Shown: piece after piece, positions 12,382 through 26,765 of the stretch
Layout: the number at the start of each line of letters is the position of its first letter
Numbering within the stretch: the first letter of the stretch is position 1
Source of the DNA: the human T2T-CHM13v2.0 reference genome, Homo sapiens
Strand: one strand, 5' to 3'
DNA length: 64,000 nucleotides
Assembly: GCF_009914755.1 (NCBI RefSeq)
Contig: NC_060933.1
Made by a program: the position numbers and the translations under genes
The notes under the pieces: generated by a model
What the model was told of the DNA's origin: nothing
Databases searched by the model: none
The model's input: the letters and a program-made list of their open reading frames with translations, nothing else

Positions 12382-14061
12382 AATATCAATGCATTGTTTT
12401 TGTTTTGTTTTGTTTTCACAGAGGCCAGATGAGCACATTTCAGTGCTGGCTAAGGTCTAGCACAATGAAGTGACTTCTGAGCTCTGGGGACAGTTGTTGA
12501 CACTGTTTGGTTTTGACCTTCTTTAACAAATTTAATTAGCTGTAATTAATGGAGCTGCTTCTCTAACTCAGAGGACTTCAGACACTCAGACCCCACAGAC
12601 TCAACAGTGAGCTCAAACTTTCCTGGATCTTCTCTCTGCACATAAAAGATGACACCCTTTACAGTATCATGAGTAGGGGCCTTTGTCTTTTCACTTCTTG
12701 AGAAAATAGAGCATCAGTGGCATCTGTATCCCTTGCCTTCTCCTCTGGGCTTGTTGAAGCAGAACCATCATGGCAAAAGGTCCATGGGCCAGAGGACTGT
12801 TCTTTCACCTTTCATTTAAATGAATCTGTCTTTTCTAATAATAAAAAATATATCCTAGTTATTTTTGAAGTGAGATCTATCTGACAAAAAATGTAATAAA
12901 ATTAAAATTTCCCTCCAAATCCCATTCTTTTTATCATTATGTGAACAGCCCTCTAGGTATCTTTTGTTCTGTATATATAAAACAGAAGCATACTCAAAAT
13001 GCATGCGAAACAAGTCTGATCACAGAGCAAAGCTTGGCATTTAGTCATTGCTCAATAAACATTTGTCGCACTCATGACTACATATACATACTTATTTGTA
13101 ACCTGTTTCTCTACTTACCAAAAATTCTGAAGTGTCTTTTCATCTTTACATATAGATCTACCTCATCCTTTAAAAATATTATAAATCAATTGAATTGTTT
13201 TGCCATGGTTTATTCAACTAGTTTTCTAACTGAGTTACATTTAGGTTGCTGCCAGCTTGTCAACATAGGGTCTGTACATTTTAAGTTTGATCTATGTTGC
13301 CAAGCTACCCTTCAGAAATGGCACCCTCACATATACTCCCACCAACATGCCCTACAATTTTAAATGCTTTCTGTTCCATCGTGTGTCATAGGAAGGGGAC
13401 CCAATAATTTAGAACATAAGTGGATGTTAAAAGCAATATCTCTTCTCTTAATTCATCCCTTTAAGACAACAACTCAGAAGGGTTCCACAGGAAGTTATTA
13501 TAACTTTTCAGGTTCAGTGTCAACATAGAATCTAGAGAGTAAAGAAACTAAAACCCTAGGCATCTGGGGACACCAGGTTTTTTAAAAAATTATTTCCACT
13601 GCTCTGAATCATCTTTAATTGACTATAAGACTGAAGGAAAGAGTGCTTCAGTAGAGAGAAGGGTAACTTATATTTTTTCATGAAAGTTGAATCTAATTAT
13701 TACGTGCATTCGATGATAGCTTGAATCTGAATAGAAAGGAGAGGGAATCTACCAGATAGCTATTTGACCTTGAATAACATACTTAAACAGGAAAATAATT
13801 CAAGCGTAAGAGCAGCAATGATTGTCAGCAGGGCCTTAATATAGAAATAGTCCACGGTAAAGCCCTCTTGTCTCGTAGTCTTCAGGTATTGTGGTGCAGT
13901 TGTAGAGAATTAATTTCTACAGTAGAGTGACCCAAGTTCATGCGTCTTTTTTCTAAGCCTCTTTCCTGTTAGATCTTGAGTAATTTGCTGAAATATTTTA
14001 GTCCTTTGTTTCCTTATCAAGAAAATCGACTAGTACTTCATAAAATCTTCAATTTCGCTTT

Positions 14062-14710
14062 TCAGTATGTATCCAGAGGAAATGAAATTAGTATCTCAAA
14101 GAGTTATCTGCACTCCCCTGTGCATTAGGGTATTATTCACAATGGCCAAGATATGGAAACAACTTAAGTGACCATCAATGGATGAATGGATAAAGAGTGG
14201 TAATAATAATATACAATGAAATATTATTCAGCCATTAAAAAGAAAGAAATCCTGGTGTTTTTGACAATATGAACCTGAAGGACATTATGGTAAGTGAAAT
14301 AAGCTACAGAAAAAAAATACTGCATGATCTCACTTATACATAGTATCTAAAAAAGTTGGACTCATAGAAGCCAAGAGTAGGATGGTGGTTGTGGGGGCCT
14401 AGGGGTGGGAAAAAATTGCAGGATATTGGTCAAAGCATACATATGTTTAGTTATAAGATGCACAAGTTCTGGCAATGAAATGTACAGCATGAGTGGTGGT
14501 GGATGTGTTAATGAATTTGATTATTGTAATCATTATACAATACAGAGAGATTATTGTATTGTATTGTATAATGATTATTGTAATCATTATACGATAGAGA
14601 GAGAGAACATAAGTGGATACTATACAGTGTATACATATATAAAATCATTATGTTACACATCATTGACAATTACATATTTAAAATAAAAATAAAAATAATA
14701 AAAAATAAAT
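14062..14710 (+). mobile_element. L1MA-type (late MA/early MB) 3' end with A-rich tail
   Basis: 'gaaatgaaattagtatctcaaagagttatctgcactccc...ggatgaatggataaag...gcatgatctcacttata' then 'aaaataaaaataaaaataataaaaaataaa'. Confidence 0.85.
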
Positions 14711-15354
14711 CTATGGATTTTTATGTATTAAGGCAATTAGGATTTATCTTAAAGAAAGAAAGAAAATATAGTACTAAAATAAGCTTAAAAGTTTGTTTCA
14801 AAGATTTAATTACTTGAGGCATATTAAAACCTTAGGAGAGTATTGGACAAATACCAAAGCTATCAATAAATGGGAGGCATTAAAATTCATCTGTTAAGTA
14901 ATGTAGATACAAGAGCAATGCACTTGGAGTTAGAAGAGCTGAGCTGGAGTCAGTTTTCACAACTTACTAGATATGTGGCAAATCACTCTGTTGACAGCCA
15001 AGCAGAATTTAAAAAATTAAAAAATAAAGCAAACCTGAATGTTTATTTTTCTTCCACTGTAAATTGGCACTCATCAAATATACTCTGTCCACTTCCAGGT
15101 AATTTTAATTTTGGAGGTCCAGATCTGAAATACATAAGACATGCAAAAATCTGTTATACCTATAAATCTCCATGGGAATGTGAAACATTTAGAATTATAT
15201 TTCCAATATTTTTATCGATGGTCCCTTCTAGCTGTATACTTCCAGGATTCTCTGGTTTTAAGATGTCACAGGTGGATGGAAAGTGTGGGCTAATCAGTGT
15301 TCATGTGTCTGTGACACACGTCTGCACTGGCAAGAGAGGGGATTAACAAGGTGT

Positions 15355-15780
15355 CATGGCATCTAGAGGTGAAGCCGAGCCTGGGGTCCTGCCACTTTTC
15401 TGCTGTGTAAATATGGATAACCATCTTAGCCTCCTCAGTCTACATTTCTTCATGTGGGAAAAAAAGTGATTCCGGCAAATGTATTCATACTTCTCTATAA
15501 AATTAGCATGATGACCAGCACAGAGTAAGCACTAATAAGCTGCCATTTACTGATCATAAACTGTTCCAGTCACTAAGTTAAGCACTTGGTGCATTCGCGC
15601 ATTTAATAACTCAAAACACTCAATGAGGTAGGTTATATTTCTATTTGTCCCATTTTCAGATGCGATTTGTGAGGCTCACAGAAGATAAATGACGTAGGTC
15701 AGTTCAGAAAGTTGGTGAGTAGACAGAAGACTAATACCTGGTCAATCTGACATTCAAGTTATGGATTTTAGCCACTTCAC
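15355..15780. mobile_element. Tail-to-tail MIR pair (+ then -)
   Basis: 'cctcagtctacatttcttcatgtgg...cacagagtaagcactaataa' then 'cccattttcagatgcgatttgtgaggctcacagaag'. Confidence 0.65.
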
Positions 15781-17929
15781 TTCTAAACAATGTTTGTAAA
15801 TGTAAATCCTTCTTCAACCATCCACTTGTAAAGTAAAGCCCATTTCAGAGTACTGTTACCTATGTTCCTTTCCCATGCTGTAAACAGTGCAATCAATATG
15901 TGTGTGTATGTATATATGTGTATATAAACATATACACACAGACACACACGTTTGACAAGCCTAAGCAAAAGTTATTTCAGGCAATAAACAGCAATTTCGT
16001 GTGAATCTAAAATTGGGGCATAACATTTACTACCTAGAAATGGATAATTCCCAATAAGAGTCATCAGAATGTGCAAAGAACTGACAAGGTTTCTGAAATC
16101 TACTTTAGATGATGATGACAATGATAACTATGATTCGATGACGATTTCAATCAAAGAACTACTCCAAGAGTTCCTAGCTCAGGCCTTGCTAAAATAATTC
16201 TCCATAAATATTTACTGATCGAATAACTAAATCTTATATCTCAGAGGGCATGTAAGACCAGCAAGCTTAAAGGCAGAGGAATTACCAAAATGGTCCTTCG
16301 AAATGATTTATGATTTTTGATGATTTACGGAGTCCTTATCTCATTTGTTTTTCCTCCTAATAATTATTGTACTTCTGTGAACTAAAAGGTCGCTTGTTGT
16401 GTTTGGCGATGCAGACGGAAGAGAGTAGTGCACTCAGACATTAGTGAGAAAATTGATTTGAATAATGAAAAAAATCAATTCTAGAAATTTTAAAAGTACT
16501 TAAGTGGTTTTCAGAAAAATAAACTCACTAAAATACCTCAAGGTTGATGTACATATAATTAGCCTTCAAAGTTCTAGAAACAACATTTTACTCAAGCCCC
16601 CTTATTTAAGTTTCCTGTAAGGCACTTAAAGATCCTTGAGTAACAGCTTTTTGGACTCTGGAATGTTGGATCTGAATACAAGATGCAGAGTTAAGCTTGC
16701 CCGCCCATGTGCGAGACGGGAAAAAAAAAGAGAGAGAAAAAATATAATCTTCTAATGGCTTTTCTTTATCAGGCAATACAGAAATATGGATTATTCAATA
16801 TCTATCGCTATTTCAATACTATGTTTGAGAACAAAAAGATGACTTTTGGTAGGAACTGACCCAGGAGAATAATAACTGACCCATTCATGGGTTGTGAAGA
16901 AAACATAAAACTGGACATGATTTTTCCTCCCATTTCTTATATGGAATTTGGGGCAGGTATCATATTTTTCCTTCATTATTTAGAAATAAAAAGAAATCCT
17001 TTGGTCATTTTCAGTTTCAGAAACAGTCTCATTTCTGTAATTAAAATTTCCATCCCAGTGTAATAATCTTCAAACTGCCAAGTCAGAGCTAAATTAGAGC
17101 TTCTCTCCCTGCAGATTAACAGTACTTTTAGCCGAGATACTTGTAGTGGGCAAGCTGATTATGGTCAGCCAATTCTCCCTCACCTTGCTCCATCTCTTCT
17201 CCCCCTTGAACACCTTGGGTTCTCCCCGCCCCCCCAACTTCTAAGGTAGGGCTCAGGGAAGGAGGAGAAGAACGAAAGAAGTCTTTGGTGGCCATTGTAA
17301 TCTGCACCTGGCTCATCCTGAAATTTATCTCTTTCTTTCATGGGGAGTTTCAGGTCCTCTAACCGGAACTTCCTTTCACAGGAAATGTCTTTCCTACCTT
17401 CAAAACACCCGTGGTCAGGTACTGGAGGGATTGAGAGGGGATAGGTATACACACACATTCAAAACTCTCTCCAATAAAATCATTTTGGGGTCTCCTTAGC
17501 CTCTCATAGAAGCTGGAGTTGGTATCACTAGCTAGCAAAACTGGGTTCACAATCATTTAGCATTCTCTATAAATGGTCTACTACCTCTCTTGGAAATGTG
17601 GGGATTCTGGGAACCTATAGGTAGGTCCTGATTCTTGGCTGATAAAAGTGTTTACGTTGTGTGTTTTGAAGATAAATTACAGTATATTATGAGGCTCGTA
17701 AATGGATTTTAAGGAGGTCATTTAGGTCCTCATTCTACTTATTTGTGTTTATGATCTGTTTTGAGAAAGTGATGAAAACTATGGATCCATACCCTGGAGA
17801 AACAAACATAGACATTTTGTTTTTCAGAAATTTTGGGGTAGGATATGTAATACAATGGCTTCCCAAATTCCATCTATAGATTCTATTCATGGACTTTGAG
17901 TCAATGAAATCTCTGAATGGGCTGCTTTT

Positions 17930-18083
17930 CTGTCCTTTCAGTCTTTTTTTCTCCCTTCCTTCTCTTCCCTCTCCTCTCTCTTTCTCCCTCCCTTTCTCCT
18001 TCCTTCCTTCCTTTCTTCCCTCCCTCCCTTTCCTCCCTCCCTCCCTCCCTTCCTTCCTTCCTTCCCTCTTTCCTTCCCTTTTT
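17930..18083 (+). repeat. Polypyrimidine (CCTT/CCCT)n low-complexity tract
   Basis: Almost pure C/T for ~140 bp. Confidence 0.95.
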
Positions 18084-18355
18084 CATAACTTAGTCTAAGA
18101 ACTATTAATTGGAGTTAAGTGAGAAAGATACGTATGGCTTATCAGTGGCATCTGGGCAGAGGGGAAGAGCCCAAGTGAGAAAGGTGGCCACATGAGGCAA
18201 TGACCTACTGGATCTGGGATAGATTTAAAAAAATAACTATTTGAACATAATGATGACCAATTTTGTTAATGCTAGAATGGGAGTCATAAATGGGGGAAAG
18301 TTGTATTAAATTCTGAGGTGTTAGATTGGAATTAGTGGTATCAATATAAACTTAT

Positions 18356-18909
18356 AATATTAGTTGTCTATTATTGCTGTAACAAATTATCACAATTTTC
18401 ATGTTTTAAAACAACACAAATTCATATTACATTACACTTCCATAAGTCAGAAGTCCTATGTGGGTCTCACTGAGCAAAAAGTAAGATGTTGGCAGAACTA
18501 ATTTTTTTTTCTGGTGGCTCCAGGAGATAATCCCTTCTCTTATCTTTGTTCAATGTGTAGAGGCCACCCATATTCCTTGGCTTGTGTCCCCTTCCTCTCT
18601 TTTCCAAGCCAGCATCTGTGGGTCAAGTCTTACATTGCATTACTCTGACCTTCTGTTATAGTCATACTTCATTCTGACTCACTTTTTCTTCTTCCCTTTT
18701 CCATTTTTAAGGATCATTCTTATTACATTGGGCACACCTGGATAATCTAAATTAAACTCCTTATCTTAAGGTCAGCCAATTAGCAATCTTGATTCCATGT
18801 GCAATCTTAATTTCTTTTTGCCATGTAGCCTAACAGATTCATAGACCATGTTTGGGAGGGTATTATTTCATGCAGCCATATTTGGGAAGGCATTATTCTC
18901 TTTACCACA
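18356..18909 (-). mobile_element. MLT1D-like solo LTR with 5-bp TSD, inside an old L1MC-type fragment
   Basis: 'gggtctcactgagcaaaaagtaagatgttggcag', 'aaggtcagccaattagcaatcttgattccat', ends 'taccaca'; CTTAT at 18351-18355 and 18910-18914. Confidence 0.85.
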
Positions 18910-19155
18910 CTTATGATATTCAATATATAGCTGAATATGTAGAAAGATGGAGGTAAAGGTAAATGTATACAGGTATTCTCTAACTCTCCACTGAGAGGGT
19001 CTGGGGACAGCAACATGACACATCTTCTGGGGTTGGGCAAAGGGAAAAGTTAAACTAGCATGAAGACCCATTGAAGCCCTCAACTGGCACTTTGAAAAAC
19101 TCTGGAGCTAGGATGGCAATTCATAGTATCCCTGATTTGAGCAAAGAGACCAAGC

Positions 19156-19262
19156 TAGGAAAAGAAAAAAAATGAAGAGAGAGAGACAGAGAGGAAAAGG
19201 GAGTGAGAAAGGGAGGGAGAAGAGGGAGGGAGAAAGGGAGGGAGAGAGGGAGAAAAAAAAGT
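19156..19262 (+). repeat. Polypurine GA-rich tract
   Basis: 'agagagagagacagagaggaaaagggagtgagaaagggagggagaagagggagggag...'. Confidence 0.9.
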
Positions 19263-19789
19263 GAGAATTAACTATTCTCTCCACTATTTAACCTGATATT
19301 CAAAATGACTAGTTTATTTGGGGGCAGCTCTTCAGGTACATTAAAGTACAATGTTAAAGAGAAGTCACTGATGAAATATGAAAGTATTTAGTAATAGTGT
19401 TTGATTTGTGTGCCACGCTCATCCCCATGCTATAGATGGAAGGGTAATTACAGCCCATTACCAAATTACTTGCAGTTATCCCTTGATCTTGTAGTTAATA
19501 CAGTGAACCCTCATTTCCATGAATATTATTAGCATATCTCCCATCACATTATGATCTTTTTAAGAAGTGGCTGTTGCCTAGTTAAAGGATATCAACTTGG
19601 AATATTTTCTTTCCTTGCAGCCATTCCTGAGCATAATTTAACTTTTATAACTGGTGGCAGATTCAGAAAAAGGAAGGTGCAAAGGAGAGGAGTGAGAGCT
19701 GTTAAACAATAAGATTTTGAGGGTAGAAAATGACTTTTATTTATCTTCATATTCACAGAACCCAGCATAGCACTTGGCAGGCATTTGAT

Positions 19790-20470
19790 GCATTATATTT
19801 GTCATCTTCACCTCAAAATCTCACTGACATCTCACACTTTCTCTTCAGTACTAAACTCATTACTTTTGTGACTCCAAAACCTTCTCTTCTTTATAAGGGC
19901 ACTACCATCAACCCATTTATTGAAGCCAAATTCTGGAAGTCATTCTCAAAATTATTTTTCTTTAACAGCTGTCTACCACCATATCCCATCAGTCCAAACT
20001 CCTTAATAACCTTCACATCCATTCATTTCTTCCCATTTCCCCATATATAGCTTAGTCCATGCAACCAACATTTTATACTTGCTCAACCACAATACTGTTT
20101 CAACTAGTTTCCCTACCTATATATTTGTTCCCTTCAATTTCTTGTTCATACAGCACTCAGAATCATCCCTTTATAATAAAGATATGCTCTAGTCAATTTA
20201 GTCTCTAGCATAAATCTCCCTCAATTTCTTTTCATTATATTTCATGTGAAATCTTAACTTTTAACCATGTGATATAGTCCCAGCCTGTTTCTCCAACTTA
20301 AATCCACCCCCTGCCACACCCTTGTTCTCACCACGCCACAACACTTTGTTAATATCTTGAGGTCCTTGTGTATAGTGCTCCTGCTCTGTGCAATGTTCTT
20401 ACCTACACCCACACACTTTAATTCACATATACAAGACCTATTCATCCTTCAAATTTTAGATTATCAGCTA
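19790..20470 (+). mobile_element. L2 LINE fragment
   Basis: 'ggcactaccatcaacccattt...aagccaaattctggaagtcattctc', 'ttagtccatgcaaccaacattt'. Confidence 0.65.
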
Positions 20471-20618
20471 TTTATTTTTCAGTGGCTACTCGAGAACTGC
20501 CTCCATATTTTGTACTATTGCAAATGGATCTTGTTTTGTAGAAATTATGTTAACTCATATAAATTAATTATGCAATTTATGCTTTTTGCAACTTCTTGAT
20601 TAAAATATGTTGGAAAAC

Positions 20619-21317
<699 letters not shown>

Positions 21318-21589
21318 AAAAACAGAAATTACATTATGTATTACTTATTTCCAGTGCCTTAAAGCATTCTTGGCCAGTGAGGTTCAATAACTATTTAATG
21401 AATAAATGAATGAAATAAAGACCACAGGAAGTCATCAGGAGACTTAGCTTCTAGTCCTGAATGTGTCTCCAATTTCCTGGGTAACATTGTAAAATTACTC
21501 CCACAATCATTTAATTAGGTCAATTGTACACTTTCGCTGGGGCATAATCATGAATTTGAGGTCTGGAAATACAAGAGATAATGTAAAGA

Positions 21590-23450
21590 AAAATCTCCCT
21601 TTCCAAATCTGCTAACATATCTGCTTCTATACTCATACATTCTTTTATTTTCAGTTATTATAGATAAGCTGTCCATGTTCCTATCTCAAGTCTACCCTTT
21701 CCATCTTACACACCCAAGGATATCACTTCCTCATTGTCAGTTTTTTTCTGTCTACTGGACCATTCCCATAAACATACAGACATGTTTTATGTAAGGTTTT
21801 TTCTCCTCACAGGAACAACAAAAACAGCAGCAACAACAAAACCCAAAAAACCTTTCTTCCCATGATATGCTATTCAATTCCTGCTGCATTTCTCAATCAC
21901 CATTAAAAAAAGAAAAGAAAACATCCTCAAGAATCTTCTATACTGGCTTGCCCCACCTCCTAACTTCATAGTTTTTCTTAAACTATTCTACTAAAATTTT
22001 ATTCACCAGAAGTTGCCCCAGTTATTCTTACCAACGTTACCGATGATCTCTGTTATGTCAAATGCAACGGTAATTTCTCTTTGTTACCTGGACATAGTTG
22101 ATCATGCTCTCTTCTTGATATCCATTTTCCCTTTGGATTTTGAAGTATTGCTCTCTCTGGGTTTTCTGTCTGTCTCACTGGTCATTTCTTTTTTAGTCTC
22201 CCCTGCTGAATACTGCTTGTCATCATATTTAGTAAAAATAGGAGTTCTCCATGGCTTAAGTCCTTAGATATTTTCTCTGCTCTTTTTACCTAACTATGCA
22301 ATTGATTGTATTTTATAAACTCATTAAATGCCTTCTATATTTGTTTTTTTTTCTTTTGAGACGGAGTTTTGCTCTTGTTGCCCAGGCTGGAGTGCAATGG
22401 TGCAATCTCGGCTCACCTGCAACCTCCACCTCCCAGTTTCAAGCGATTCTCCTGCCTTAGCCTCCCAAGTAGCTGGGATTACAGGCATGCACCACCAGGC
22501 CCAGTTAATTTTGTATTTTTAGTAGAGACGGGGTTTCTCCATGTTGGTCAGGATGGTCTCAAACTCCCAACCTTAGGTGATCTGCCTGCCTTGGCCTCCC
22601 AAAGTGCTGGGATTACAGGCATGAGCCACCGCGCCCAGCCTAAATGCCTTCTATATTCTGTCAGCTTCCAAATGTATATGTCTAATTCCAATATTTCTCA
22701 TGAATGCTCTCTCTCTAGTATATCCAAGAGCCTCTTCTGCCTACATTTAGATGTCAGATAGCTATCTCACAATTAGCATGACCAAAACCAAACTCTTGAT
22801 TTTCTCTCCCAATTCTGTTACTCCACATGTGTAATATCAATAAAGTACTCATTCTTTCAATTGATCAAGCTCCAAATCTTAATGTCACATTTGACTCATT
22901 TTTCCTTCTTCTTGTTGTCTCTCAGTTCTACTCTCAGATTATGCACAATACAACTATTTCTTCCCAATTTTACCACCACTACCCAATAGGCTCCTAACAG
23001 GTCTCCATGATTCCACTTTGACCCCAATCTCTATTTTAACAGAGCAGCCTTAGCGATACTTTTGGAAAATAACTCAGATCACAATGGCTCAAAACTATTT
23101 CATTAGAAACAAAGTTCAAAATACTTAGGTTGGCCTTAAAATTGATCCATGACCTCAAAACAGATGACCTTTCTGGTCTTCTTTTGGACCCCCCTTGTTC
23201 TCATTCAGCATACTCCAGCTACACTAGCATCCACGTGATGGCACAAATAGGTTCTGGTTTCTCTCACCTCAAGGCCTGTGTACTTACCTTTGCTTAACCT
23301 AGAATACACTCTTCTAGGTATCTACATGATCTTCTTCTTTACTTCCTTAAGGTCCCTGATCAAATTGATTTTTAGAGAAATCTCCTATGACCACAAATAT
23401 ATACTTTTTGTATCTGTTCTGCCCACCATTGTGTCAGACACTATGTCAGC
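21590..23450 (+). mobile_element. L2a-type LINE relic split by an Alu
   Basis: 'tctactggaccattcccataaacataca', 'ttagcatgaccaaaaccaaactcttgatttt', 'ctcctaacaggtctccatgattccactttg'. Confidence 0.75.
22342..22640 (-). mobile_element. AluSp-like with perfect 17-bp TSD
   Basis: 'gagttttgctcttgttgcccagg', 'ttctccatgttggtcagg'; taaatgccttctatatt at 22325-22341 and 22641-22657. Confidence 0.97.
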
Positions 23451-23769
23451 ACTTAGAATTTACTAATTTCATCATTCTCTATCCCTTAATTGCACTATGT
23501 TTTTATTTTATTTCTTTTTACTACCATTGGACATATGAAAATTTTTCTACATTATAAGGTAATTTTCTGTGGTGTAAATAAGAAAATATTCATTCTATTA
23601 AGGTTTTGCTTACCTTACAGGTCCATCTTGGGCTAGTGGCAAATGGAAAGGCTCTGTTTATGATAGTCGCTCAAGGACCCAGAAAAACAAGCATCCATCA
23701 CTGGAATGTCATCAGTTATTGACTCAAAAAAGACCTTTGACCCAACTCAACCTGACAGTAGTCATAAAT

Positions 23770-24775
23770 ATCTCCTAATGTGTTTACTGGCTTCATTGGT
23801 TATATTTATTTTTTCTTCTGTGAAATGCCTACTTATGCTTCTTGCCCTTTTTCTATTAGATTTGCCCACTTTTAATAATGAGTAGAAATTATTTATATGT
23901 TCTTGAGTTTAATACTTTATTAGTTACATATACTGCAAATATCTCTTAACTGTTTCTCCATTCTTTTCATTTGGTTCAAGATATGTGTTGAAAAAAGGAA
24001 AAGTTTTTAGTTTTATTAGAACTCAAATGATCATCCTTTTCTTACATAGCTAGTGCTTTTTGTAACTTGTTTATGAAAAGACTGCCCAGCCCATATTCTA
24101 AGAGATAATCATCTATAGTTTTTCCAAACATTTTACTATGTAGATTTTGAAATTTAAGCCCTTTATTTGTCTCAATTTGATATTTGTATATAAAGTGACA
24201 GAGAGGTCCAATATTTTTATTTTATACAAGAATAATTATTTTATTAAGTTCCATTTTGGGAATAATTCCTTTTCTCTCCACTGATCTGATATGCCACACA
24301 TACATTGGTGTTTCACATATGTGTAAATCTGTTTTAAAACTGTCCATTGTGTTAGTGGTCAATTTGCCTTTCTATTTCCAAATATTGTTTTAAATAATAT
24401 AAGAAGTCTTGATATCGAGAAGAATAAATTTTTCCTTAACTTTTTCTTGGCTTTTTAAAATTCCCATGGAGTCTTCAAAAACTTTTGTTAGAATATTTCC
24501 AAGATGTATGTTTTAATACCCTCCAATCATATATATATATAGTTTATTTTCTATGTTTGTAAGTAGTATTATGGGAAGACAAGTACATCTTAAAATTATT
24601 CTTAGTGTTTATCTACCTTGCTAAATGCTTTTCATAATTAAATTGATTTATTTGTAGAATTAATTTTGTGTATAATCATAGCATCTGCAAATAGAGCTCT
24701 CTTTCTCTTTTTTTCCCAGTACTTACGCCTCTAATTTATTTTCTTGACCCATTGTATGGGCTAGAACCTCCATTA
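23770..24775 (-). mobile_element. Old L1ME-type ORF2/3' fragment
   Basis: 'ttttcttctgtgaaatgcctacttatgc', 'catagcatctgcaaatagag', 'gggctagaacctcca'. Confidence 0.65.
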
Positions 24776-26765
24776 TGATCATTAATGGAATGATCATCAA
24801 TAAAAATATTTAAGTCAGCATTTTTAGGTATGCCAGTAGCTCTGGTCAAATATATCCGATCAAATAGAAGTTCAGAGCTTGCAGAAAAGAGAGAAAGAAA
24901 GAGAATCTCGTTAGAATGTCCTTATTAAGGCAAGTCTTCATGGGAAGAGACCAAAGATGATGTGCTATACAATGGTGCTAACTTTGGGTCAGAGAAACAT
25001 CATCCGCTAGTAAAATATAGCTTAGTAAAAGCCCTGCACTCTGATCAATCAGATCACTGTCTCTTTCTTTTTTTGGAGGAGGAACTAATCATTAGATGGA
25101 CAGAGATACTAAAGTTGAGAAGAGGCACAATAATGTACTCTCCACATGCAGAGTTTTTAAAAGTGTATTTTAAAGGCTTGAGAAATGAAAGTACTTGACG
25201 ATAATATATTAGTTTATTCTCCAGCTGATATCTCTATGAGATATTCTGGACTTTAGGACAGCCTGTTTCATATCTCAGAAGAAGTGACACTCCATGGCCT
25301 ACTGTTATTTTATGGGGCCATTCTGAAAGTCTGCAGGCTGATCTAGAGACCTAGACTGAAAGCATCAACTCGTTCTAAGTGCAGGACAGAGCCATAGGAT
25401 TGATGTTGTCTTTTACAGTGTTTCCAGCTTTGAGACAAGCTGTAAGACTTTTAATGGACTTAAAAGCTTGGCTCTGATAAAGTACCACTTAACACAAATT
25501 AACAGGACAGATGAATTATCTCAGAGAAACAGACTCTAACTTGGCATTTGATAGACTCAGAGGTTCAGAAACATGAACAGGGAACACTGAGGAGGAGAGG
25601 TCAGCTGAGATTAGACTCAAATCTAGTTGTTACTGTTTAACTTGTTACTCTGATAGTAGTTCACAGACACTCACTCAACAAACACTGTGATCCTACTCTA
25701 ATTAAGGTGCACTTTTCAGCCACTGAAGGCTTATTCTTTGTCTTCGTGTTGGTTACAGACTAGTAGGAGAGATGAGGTATGTGCGTACATAATTTTATTC
25801 AACATTAAGAAGTTGCAAGTATTGGAGAAGGATTCTGGGAATATGGAAAAGGAAGCATCAGGAATCTGTCTCCCTACCTAGACAACAATTGCACTGGCAG
25901 AATCAGTCTTAGGAAACCATTTGGGAACTCTGGAGGCTATCAAAGGCTTGCAATTTCAAACAGAAGGCATGGATAGTAAAGTGTTGTTAATTTCAGTACA
26001 TTTCAGCAATTAACACAGTGGTAGTTACCCATCTCCCTCCCCAAGACCCAAGGTAGACAGCTTTACATGTGTTCCTGGAACAATCTGCACATAGCTTGTG
26101 GGAGGCAGGGTGAGCAAAAAAGACCTTGTCATACAAATATGAGGGATCTGTGCTCTGATTGCTGCTTTTAACCAAAAGGTACAGATAAAGAGGTGGATGG
26201 CCACTGTTGTTACACCTCCCCTTATTATTGCAAGCCTCTCCCCATCCAGCTGAAGTGACTTCCTGGGGATTTAAACGGCCACTGCCCTTCTCTCCTCTCA
26301 TTTTTCTGTTTTGATGTTGTTGTTGTTGTTTGTTTGTTTGTTGTTTTTGTTTTTGTTTTGAGAGCCGCACATTAAAGACCAGGGCATTCAAAACCAATTG
26401 CTTATACGGGAAAAATTAGGAAGTGACAAGTCATGCCCAGGGAAATGTGTAGGCTCAGAAGAGACCTGAGAAGACTTTAAGTTAGCGTGTCAGAATACTC
26501 CTTGGCCCAGAGACAACATACAACAATAAAAACAATAAGAATAAATATATGAAAATAATATCACCACCCCCAAAAATCTGAAATCTGATTTTCAGTTGCC
26601 ATATTATTAGATTCAAGTGTCCACTTTTCAACAAAAAGTCACAAGGCATACAGAGAAACAGGAAAGTATGGCTCATCAAAAGAAAAAAAAAGAAATTAAC
26701 AGAAATTGTTTCTGAACAAGGCCTGATGGCACATCAACTAGGAGAAAAGCTTTTGAAGTAATAGT

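Noticed and set aside
14870-15346. 158-aa ORF (also 5307-5726, 12941-13363, 51804-52223, 53794-54183, 56024-56449)
   Set aside because: No recognisable domain, composition typical of translated AT-rich DNA, several overlap repeat relics, and such lengths arise by chance in 64 kb.
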